Positions 42,776-48,936 of a stretch of DNA of 48,936 bases are shown here, piece by piece. A model generated the notes under the pieces. The model searched no databases and was not told the DNA's origin. It saw nothing but the letters and a program-made list of their open reading frames with translations. The first letter of the stretch is position 1; each line of letters opens with the position of its first letter. Location of the stretch: assembly GCA_018713795.1 (NCBI GenBank), contig DVOE01000088.1, forward strand, positions 1-48,936, written 5' to 3'. This DNA is from Candidatus Limadaptatus stercoripullorum (lineage in GTDB: Bacteria > Bacillota > Clostridia > Christensenellales > CAG-917). A program made the position numbers and the translations under genes.

Positions 42776-44334
42776 TTGAATCGTCTGTACAGAGCCTTTC
42801 TTCCGTTGGTGAAGTACTCCGTGTTCTCCTCCCTTGCATGACTATCATACCACACTTGAGCGAAAAACGGCATAAATTTCGAGAGGCGGTCGAAATCCCA
42901 AGGCTCGGGCTGGCAGCAATCGGGGCACCAATGCCCGGCTTTGAGCACGGTGTACGGGCGCGCGACGAACTCGTGTCCGTCGTGGCAGCGCCAGGTGAGC
43001 GGGGTGTAGAGGTCGCCCTTGGTCATGCTCTCGGAGAGGCACTCCCCGCCCCTGAACGCGGCGGCGTCGCGCATATCCGCGAGGTCGAGTTCGCTGTCGG
43101 GTTTGCTCTCGTCGTAGCCGTGCGAGAGGAGATAGCCCATCTTTTTGACATTCTTGATGTCGCGCATGGCGTCGTAGTCCACATTGCCGTCCGCTATCTC
43201 GCCCTTGGCGAGCACGGGGAAGCCCTCCCAGCTGTCGGGCAGGCACTCGAGGTTATCGCGACTGCCGAAGAAGGCGCGCACCCTGCCCTCGTCGCCCGCC
43301 TTCACCCATTCGAGCGGGGAATTGTCGGTGCCGAGCAGCCTCTCGAAAGCGAACTTGGAGATCAGCCCCGAAGGCACTATGCCCGCCGCCTTGTAGATGG
43401 GGAAGCGCTTCAGGATCTCGTTGCAGAAACCCTTGAAACTATCGTGCTGATAGTCGAACAGATCGTTGAGCGCGGGACCGTCCGCGAACCACAGTCCGTG
43501 GAAGTTGCGGATGCTGTTCCAGCCCGGCTTCATGACCTTCTCCATTTCGATGCCGAAAGTGTTGAGAAGTATCTCGTAAGTGTCGTAGCCGGTCACGCGG
43601 TTCTCCGCGCCGCCGCCGATGTTGAAGCAGCGCCGCCAAAACGCGTCCGCTTTCCCCTCGAGGTCGCGTTCCACTATCCTCTTTACGAGCAGTCCGCTGT
43701 CGCGCGAGGACACCCATTCGAGGGGCACATTCACGCAGGTATGGAACATGAGCCCGTCGCTCATGTTGGCTTTCATCATGTTGTAGTGCAGCATCGCCGT
43801 CTGCCTGATGACCGCCCATTCCAGCCCGCTCTCGATGACATAGCGCTCCGCCTTGACCTTGCTCGCCGCGTAAACATCGTAGACGCTCGGGAGCAGCGGA
43901 TCGCCCACCCGCCCCCAGGGGTGCAGATAGTTCCTGTGTCCGTACACCGCCACCGTGGAAGTGTAGACGAACTTCGGGCGCTTCTCCTGCTCCATGCAGC
44001 TGTCCACCATGTTCATGGTGCCAACGCGGTTGGCAAGATCGGTCGCCTTGGGTTTGTGGTCGGAAAGAGGCGGGATTATCGCGCCGATATGGAACACATA
44101 GTCCATGCCCTCCACCAGCGCGCGGCAGTCCGCCTTGACGGCAAGGTCGCCTTCCACCACCTGCACGCGGTCGCCGTAATTCTTCTTCGCCGCCGCGCCG
44201 AACGCGCGGTCCTTCGCGCTCGTGCCGAGCACGAGTATGCGCACAAATTCGACATCTTCAAGCTCCAGCAGCTGCCGCAATGCTTCGCTGCCCATGTTGC
44301 CGCTTGCTCCCGTGAGCGCCACTTTGACTTTCAT
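42772..44334 (-). CDS. NAD(P)-binding SDR/epimerase-fold protein with C-terminal zinc-ribbon-like module
   Basis: MKVKVALTGASGNMGSE (GxxGxxG Rossmann). The C-terminal LTWRCHDGHEFVARPYTVLKAGHWCPDCC resembles a treble-clef/zinc-ribbon motif. AAGGAGGAG lies upstream. Confidence 0.75.
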   Translation of the reverse strand: MKVKVALTGASGNMGSEALRQLLELEDVEFVRILVLGTSAKDRAFGAAAKKNYGDRVQVVEGDLAVKADCRALVEGMDYVFHIGAIIPPLSDHKPKATDLANRVGTMNMVDSCMEQEKRPKFVYTSTVAVYGHRNYLHPWGRVGDPLLPSVYDVYAASKVKAERYVIESGLEWAVIRQTAMLHYNMMKANMSDGLMFHTCVNVPLEWVSSRDSGLLVKRIVERDLEGKADAFWRRCFNIGGGAENRVTGYDTYEILLNTFGIEMEKVMKPGWNSIRNFHGLWFADGPALNDLFDYQHDSFKGFCNEILKRFPIYKAAGIVPSGLISKFAFERLLGTDNSPLEWVKAGDEGRVRAFFGSRDNLECLPDSWEGFPVLAKGEIADGNVDYDAMRDIKNVKKMGYLLSHGYDESKPDSELDLADMRDAAAFRGGECLSESMTKGDLYTPLTWRCHDGHEFVARPYTVLKAGHWCPDCCQPEPWDFDRLSKFMPFFAQVWYDSHAREENTEYFTNGRKALYRRFK

Positions 44335-44445
44335 ACGAGTCTCCTCCTTATCTCCACTCTACTCCGCCGCTCTTACCGCCGCTTGACAAAATCCTTACAA
44401 AACTCTTACTTTACTCCCCTGCGCTTCCGCGCCGCACATTCGTCA

Positions 44446-46464
44446 TTATGCGCCTCTGTCCTCCGCCGTCAGCGGCACCTCTCCGTCCTTGCATTTCACC
44501 ACCTCGCAGGGACAATCAGCCGCCCACCCCGGACACTTCGCGGTCAGTTTTTTCCATTGTCTTACGGTTCCTGAATAAGTAACATGCCGAAGTGACCGGC
44601 AAAAACGAAACGCATTCTCCCCTATGCTCGTCACGCTGTTCGGGATGGTGACAGAGGTGAGAGAGTTGCAACCCCGGAAGGCCCAGTCCCCTATGCTCGT
44701 CACGCTGTTCGGGATGGTGATCGAGGTGAGTGAGGTGCAATAACCGAAGGCATAGTCCCCTATGCTCGTCACGCTGTTCGGGATGGTGACAGATATGAGA
44801 GAGGAGCAATCCCGGAAGGCACCGCTCCCTATGCTCGTCACGCTGTCCGGGATAGTGACAGAGGTGAGTGAGGTGCAATAACCGAAGGCAGAGTCCTCTA
44901 TGCTCGTCACGCTGTCAGGGATGGAGATCGATGTGAGAGCTGTACACCCACAGAAGGCAGAATTCTCTATATTCGTCACGGTATTCGGGATCGTGACAGA
45001 GATGAGAGAGATGCAATCTATGAAGGCATACTGCCCTATGCGCGTCACACTCTCAGGAATGACAAGTTCGGTGGCAAGTTCGCCGTTAAGATACAAATCC
45101 GCAGAGAACACCGGATTGGCATCTGCGTCGTCAAAACTTATCGCCGCCCACTTCCCGATATCCGTGATGTACACGGCTTCAAGAGAGACGCAGTCCATGA
45201 AGGCACAGTCTCTTATGCTCGTCACGCCGTTTCCGATGGTGACAGAGGTGAGTGAGGTGCAATTACAGAAGGCATAGTTCCCTATGCTCGTCACGCTATC
45301 GGGGATAGTGACCGCGGTGATTCCTATGCGCCATGAAAAAGCATCCCGTTTGATGGTCTTCAAGCCATCTAAAAGCGCGATATCGCCTTCCAAATCGCGT
45401 GGTACGAAAAATATCCCTAGAGAATCTTCGTCGTATTGATAGCTGTAGCATACCCTGTCTTCGACGATTATATATTTGTTGTCATCTGCGATCGTCACAT
45501 CCTCGAGTTTCGCGCAGTTTTCGAACGCATTCTCGGCAACATACCAGACATTCCTCCCGAGATGCACTTTTGTCAAACTCGCGCAGCCGAAAAACGCATG
45601 TTCGCCTATCTGCTCGAGCGTTTCGGGGAGCTCTATCTTCTCAAGAGCACGGCAGTTGGCGAAAGCACACGCGCCTATTTGAATCATATTATATTCTTTA
45701 CCATCTATCGTCACATTTTCGGGGATCTTCACGCTCTTCACCCCGAGATATTTGACGCCGACAACGCTTGCCGACTTAAACATGCTCTCGTAGATAAGCA
45801 CTTCCTCGGGTTTGATTGCGTCGAGCTGCTCTTTTTTGCGCGCGGCGCTGTGGGCGAGATCGATGTAGGTGATGTTCGCGTTGCCTATGCGGGTGAGCAA
45901 GTCTTTGAAAGCCTTGACGCGTTTGCGGTCTTCCTTGGTAGTCTCCTCTGCTTCCTTTGCTGCCTTGTCCTTGCACGCTTCCTCGTACAGATATTTCGCC
46001 GCGGTTGTTTTGAGATCTTCTCCGTGGTTGATGAAGATGATGTTTTTGCCGAGTTCATCGGCGACGAGCAGTTCGGCCTGCACCGGCTTGCTCGCCATGG
46101 AGTTCACCGTGCCGTAAACGATGACGCCCTTGCACTCCTGCCTGTTCATCATTCGCTTTGCGAGTTCGCGCCAATCCTTGGATGGTTCCATGGCGCGGTC
46201 GTACCAAATGTCCACGCCGACGGACTCAAGCCTCAAGATGTCCGTATACACGATCTTGAAGTCCTCCCTGCTGTGCGCGACGAAATAGTAGCCGTCGCTT
46301 TCTATTGCCTCGGGCATGATCCAGGGCGGGAGATATTTCAGCGCTTCATACGACCAATTCTCGATGATGGTGATCCTGTCGTCGAGACCTATCCCGCTCG
46401 GCGCCGCGTTCCATACCGCCGAGAGCTTGTTCCGATCGTCTTTTGTGTTGTTGTTATCAGTCAT
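44446..46464 (-). CDS. cytoplasmic TIR-domain protein fused to BspA-type (LRR_5) leucine-rich repeats
   Basis: Residues ~58-150, YYFVAHSREDFKIVYTDILRLESVGVDIWYDRAMEPSKDWRELAKRMMNRQECKGVIVYGTVNSMASKPVQAELLVADELGKNIIFI, follow the TIR_2 strand/helix pattern, including the S-x-x-x-x-E-L glutamate. No signal peptide or TM. There are about 13 repeats of VTIP(D/N)SVTSIGxxAFxxCxSLTS, then a Cys-rich tail CPGWAADCPCEVVKC. Confidence 0.75.
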   Translation of the reverse strand: MTDNNNTKDDRNKLSAVWNAAPSGIGLDDRITIIENWSYEALKYLPPWIMPEAIESDGYYFVAHSREDFKIVYTDILRLESVGVDIWYDRAMEPSKDWRELAKRMMNRQECKGVIVYGTVNSMASKPVQAELLVADELGKNIIFINHGEDLKTTAAKYLYEEACKDKAAKEAEETTKEDRKRVKAFKDLLTRIGNANITYIDLAHSAARKKEQLDAIKPEEVLIYESMFKSASVVGVKYLGVKSVKIPENVTIDGKEYNMIQIGACAFANCRALEKIELPETLEQIGEHAFFGCASLTKVHLGRNVWYVAENAFENCAKLEDVTIADDNKYIIVEDRVCYSYQYDEDSLGIFFVPRDLEGDIALLDGLKTIKRDAFSWRIGITAVTIPDSVTSIGNYAFCNCTSLTSVTIGNGVTSIRDCAFMDCVSLEAVYITDIGKWAAISFDDADANPVFSADLYLNGELATELVIPESVTRIGQYAFIDCISLISVTIPNTVTNIENSAFCGCTALTSISIPDSVTSIEDSAFGYCTSLTSVTIPDSVTSIGSGAFRDCSSLISVTIPNSVTSIGDYAFGYCTSLTSITIPNSVTSIGDWAFRGCNSLTSVTIPNSVTSIGENAFRFCRSLRHVTYSGTVRQWKKLTAKCPGWAADCPCEVVKCKDGEVPLTAEDRGA
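44575..45330. repeat. 69-bp tandem DNA repeats inside the TIR-LRR gene
   Basis: Unit starts at 44621, 44690, 44759, 44828, 44897, 44966 and 45035 (exact 69-bp period), then 45212 and 45281. The 31-nt block cctatgctcgtcacgctgttcgggatggtga is identical in the first three units. Confidence 0.9.
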
Positions 46465-47428
46465 TGGTATCCTCTCCCTTTTCGGCGGCGGAAAGCCGTC
46501 CGCTCGTGGCGCAAGCGGCGAAGTCGAGGGCGGCGGCGAGGCAGTCTCTGCCGCTCTTTGCGAGGCGGCAGGCGAGAGCGCCGGCGTGCACGCCGTTGAT
46601 GCCCTTTGTGAGGAAGGTGCGGCAGGGAACGCCCGCTGCGGTCAGCGCCGCCGCGAAGCTCTCGGACTCCGAGCGAAGCCTGTCCGCCGAGGAGCGCACC
46701 ACCATGAACGGCGGCATTGCGGCGTCCGCGTAGCGTTCGGCGGACACAAACCGCTCAAACTCCTCGTCGCCTTTTGCCTCGTCTATCTCCTTTTGCGACA
46801 TGCCGAGCAGCGCGCGGGTGAACAGCGCCATCTCGGGGAAACGCGTCCCGACGGCGCGCACGGGATCGAAAAGCCCGCTGATCGTGATGCAGGCGGCGGG
46901 ACGGAAAGTCTCCTGTCTTGAAAACTCTATGCCGAACTTCTCGTACAATTCGGGATGGGTCGAGACGGCGGCGAGCATGGCGGTGAAGTAGCCGCCCGCG
47001 CTGTCTCCCGCGACCACGACGCGCGAGGTGTCCGCGCCCGCCTTTTCCGCTTCCGTGAGCGCTCTGTCCAGCCCCGCAAACAGCTCGCGAAGGTGTTCGG
47101 GGTGGGCGGCGTCGAGGGCGTAGTCATAGCCTATATTCGCACAAACATAGCCTTTATCTGCCCATTCGTAGCAATAATATAGCCTGTTATGTCGCCTGCC
47201 CGACACGAACCCGCCGCCGTGGATGTAGACGAAGACGGGGCTTCCCTGCCCTCCGCCTTCGGGGATGACTAGATCAAAAAACGCGTGTTTCCCTTCCCCG
47301 TAGCGGATGTCGCGAAGCACCGTCAGCCCCTTGTGCGGGCGGCGGAACACGAGAAAAAGAAAGAGCTCCGAAAAGTTGTAGCGGCGCTCGGCGCACTTGA
47401 TGGCGGCGCGTTCGCGTTTGGTGAGCAT
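46457..47428 (-). CDS. alpha/beta-hydrolase (HSL/abhydrolase_3-like esterase)
   Basis: ORF 46457..47494 trimmed to MLTKRERAAIK, with AAGGAGGGGG upstream. Oxyanion motif YIHGGGF and nucleophile elbow GDSAGG. C-terminal Asp/His candidates (SSADRL, NGVHAG). It overlaps the TIR-LRR start by 8 nt. Confidence 0.8.
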   Translation of the reverse strand: MLTKRERAAIKCAERRYNFSELFLFLVFRRPHKGLTVLRDIRYGEGKHAFFDLVIPEGGGQGSPVFVYIHGGGFVSGRRHNRLYYCYEWADKGYVCANIGYDYALDAAHPEHLRELFAGLDRALTEAEKAGADTSRVVVAGDSAGGYFTAMLAAVSTHPELYEKFGIEFSRQETFRPAACITISGLFDPVRAVGTRFPEMALFTRALLGMSQKEIDEAKGDEEFERFVSAERYADAAMPPFMVVRSSADRLRSESESFAAALTAAGVPCRTFLTKGINGVHAGALACRLAKSGRDCLAAALDFAACATSGRLSAAEKGEDTND

Positions 47429-47445
47429 GTCCCCCTCCTTCTCTT

Positions 47446-48669
47446 TTATCTGCCGGCGCGGACTATCCCGAGCCCTGCTCTTGCCGCGAACCACGCCGCG
47501 TCGTCCGCGAGCTGGTAGTCGTAGCGGATGACATCCGTCGCTTCCTCGCTCTTGGAAAAGGCGGCGGCGACTATGCGGCGGAATTCGACGAGCCCCTCGA
47601 ATGTGGTGAGATTGCCGTGCCGTCCGCCCGCCATATCCTTGCCTTTGGTCTCGCTCGCTATCGCGGCGCGCGTGGAAGGCAGGAACCCGCAGGTGAACAT
47701 ATACGCATTCCAGCGGTCATGCTCCTGACGCGCCAGCCGCCCGCGCAGTCCGTCTTTTCCGAGGTCGGCATTACGGTAGACGAGTTTGCGTTTGCCGTTC
47801 AGGGTCCCCTCGCCGTATCTCGGCGGATCGCCCGCGAAATACGCCTCTTCCCACTCCCGCGAGGCGTCCCCCGCGCCCCCCGCAGGGGCGAGATCGAAGC
47901 CCGCAAGCAAAAGTTTTGTCCTGAGCCCGAGCGCCGCCATTACATTGGATCCCGCGATGACGGGACTCATCGCGGCGATCTCCTTTTCCGCGCTCGCGGT
48001 GAGTTCCTCGTCCGTGCACCCCGGCATCCACTCGGCGGCATAGGTCTTGTGCCTGTCGTAGGCGAGACGGCACAGATATTCCTCCGCCCGTCCGCCGTCG
48101 CTGCCGAAACATACCACGCCGGGAGCGGCTTTTTCCGCCAACGCGAACACCTTGACGCTGCCGCCCGTGCGCGCCTGCAGTTCCCCTGCCGCGGCGGCGT
48201 TCAGCGCCCTGTCCTCGTCTGCGTACACCGCGACCGAGACCGCTCCTTCCGTCGCCGCGCGCTCTGCGGCGTCCTCCGCCTCTTTGGCGGAAGCAAACTC
48301 GATTTTCCACGGCACGGGCGGCAGCGGCAGATAGTCCTCCCGCCGGAGCCCCTCGTAAGCGAGAAACGCATCGTAGACGCCCGCTCCCCGCTCGTAGCTC
48401 TCTTTCTCCTCGTCTCCGCCGCAGACGGTGTAGCGCACGGCGACGAGCCCGCCTCCCCGCGCCGGCAGCACACTGTCCGCCATCAGCACGCGGAGAACAT
48501 CTCTCGCGATCTTCCCGCAGCCTATGACGGAGACATGCGGAGCCGCGCCAAAAAATTCGGCGCGGGCGGCGTCGACCAGGTCGCCCGCGTGCGCCGCGAG
48601 CGGATAGCCCGCCGCGAGCTCGAGCGCTTCGGGGCTTATGTCGTGTTTGAAACCGATGTCGTTTGCCAT
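47446..48669 (-). CDS. hypothetical protein: N-terminal Rossmann-like motif, C-terminal RyR-like (EHxRW) module
   Basis: VSVIGCGKIARDVL (GxGxxA). The C-terminal LARQEHDRWNAYMFTCGF...GGRHGNLTTFEGL resembles bacterial RyR-domain consensus (H-x-x-W ... G-W/F ... H-P-x-L). GAGAGGAG lies upstream. This is a pattern-only call. Confidence 0.45.
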   Translation of the reverse strand: MANDIGFKHDISPEALELAAGYPLAAHAGDLVDAARAEFFGAAPHVSVIGCGKIARDVLRVLMADSVLPARGGGLVAVRYTVCGGDEEKESYERGAGVYDAFLAYEGLRREDYLPLPPVPWKIEFASAKEAEDAAERAATEGAVSVAVYADEDRALNAAAAGELQARTGGSVKVFALAEKAAPGVVCFGSDGGRAEEYLCRLAYDRHKTYAAEWMPGCTDEELTASAEKEIAAMSPVIAGSNVMAALGLRTKLLLAGFDLAPAGGAGDASREWEEAYFAGDPPRYGEGTLNGKRKLVYRNADLGKDGLRGRLARQEHDRWNAYMFTCGFLPSTRAAIASETKGKDMAGGRHGNLTTFEGLVEFRRIVAAAFSKSEEATDVIRYDYQLADDAAWFAARAGLGIVRAGR

Positions 48670-48704
48670 AACTCTCCTCTCGGGGCGAAAACGCTCACAA
48701 AAAA

Positions 48705-48733
48705 ATTCTATGCCACCGTTCCCCCGCTGTCAA
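48705..48733 (-). promoter_or_regulatory. near-consensus sigma-70 promoter for the Rossmann/RyR - esterase - TIR-LRR unit
   Basis: Minus strand reads TTGACA (48733-48728)-17 nt-TAGAAT (48710-48705). It is ~35 nt upstream of the start codon and directly downstream of the preceding terminator. Confidence 0.6.
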
Positions 48734-48776
48734 TACCGCGCGTGGACGCGCAGGCGGGCGCGGCGTGCGGAAAAAC

Positions 48777-48806
48777 AAAAAAGGCTCCCGCGCGGGGAGC
48801 CTTTTT
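48777..48806 (-). terminator. intrinsic terminator of the upstream (off-window) gene
   Basis: GGCTCCC-GCGCG-GGGAGCC, flanked by A-tract and T-tract. On the minus-strand RNA it is followed by UUUUUUGUUUUU. Confidence 0.8.
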
Positions 48807-48815
48807 CATGCGATG

Positions 48816-48935
48816 TCATTTTCCTTCGCCGTAGCGCTCGTCGAATTTCTCGAGGCAGCGCACGCTTATCGCGTAGCAATCCGCAAGACAGCCCTTGTCC
48901 AGATTGTCGTAGCTGTCCTTCAGGGTGTGGTAGTA
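48816..48935 (-). CDS. C-terminal fragment of an unidentified protein (N-terminus off-window)
   Basis: Manual minus-strand translation gives ...YYHTLKDSYDNLDKGCLADCYAISVRCLEKFDERYGEGK then TGA at 48818-48816. It is open to the window edge and followed by a strong terminator. Not identifiable. Confidence 0.4.
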   Translation of the reverse strand, partial: YYHTLKDSYDNLDKGCLADCYAISVRCLEKFDERYGEGK

Positions 48936-48936
48936 G

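Noticed and set aside
42760-44574. 604-aa plus-strand ORF; also 39957..41486 and 21510..23177 plus-strand ORFs
   Set aside because: They are antisense to the SDR, HK/FNR and typA genes respectively. They have no motifs and arginine/histidine-rich composition, and they cross intergenic regions.
44516-44878. 120-aa repetitive ORF (HHPEQRDEHRG repeats) in an alternative minus-strand frame
   Set aside because: It is an artefact of the 69-bp tandem DNA repeats being open in a second frame. It lies entirely inside the TIR-LRR gene and has no SD.
1-48936. Mobile genetic element or prophage content
   Set aside because: I recognised no transposase, integrase, recombinase, phage structural gene, tRNA attachment site or long inverted terminal repeats. 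The only hint of horizontal origin is the GC dip in the TIR-LRR gene.

Overview
This is a 48.9-kb, gene-dense, high-GC chromosomal segment with a few AT-richer islands. It looks like an uncultured Bacillota/Clostridia-type genome; that is an inference from Gram-positive lipobox lipoproteins, an ECF-type ThiT behind a terminator-type TPP riboswitch, HU, TypA and KtrAB. I support about 46 protein genes. I found no rRNA, tRNA, transposase, integrase or CRISPR array. Many gene junctions are ATGA/GTGA start-stop overlaps, so operons are tight.

Content from left to right:
- a vWA-domain gene cut by the window edge, a Cys-rich XRE regulator and a lipoprotein
- a purine-salvage operon (xpt, BMP-family nucleoside ABC transporter)
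- an uncharacterised class-III aminotransferase, FGGY kinase and di-domain class-II aldolase module
- an 888-bp non-coding gap holding a perfect 79-bp direct repeat
- hup, a P-type ATPase, YfcC, typA, a CDF transporter, yhbY and MscS
- a thiamine salvage corner (thiN, TPP riboswitch, an extended ThiT)
- mscL, ktrBA, tetR-ade and MGMT/amidohydrolase/AraC

The right-hand 10 kb is the unusual part. There is one co-directional run with no convincing internal terminator. It starts at a consensus promoter and encodes a Rossmann/RyR-like protein, an alpha/beta-hydrolase and a cytoplasmic TIR-domain protein fused to about 13 BspA-type LRRs. The TIR-LRR gene has lower GC than its neighbours and near-identical 69-bp tandem DNA repeats. 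The run continues into an SDR-zinc-ribbon, EFR1 ferredoxin, response regulator, histidine kinase with C-terminal TM anchor, FNR/2Fe-2S reductase and LMW-PTP cluster.

The TIR-LRR trio is my best candidate for an undescribed (defence or signalling) system. All functional calls are motif recognition by eye, not database searches.
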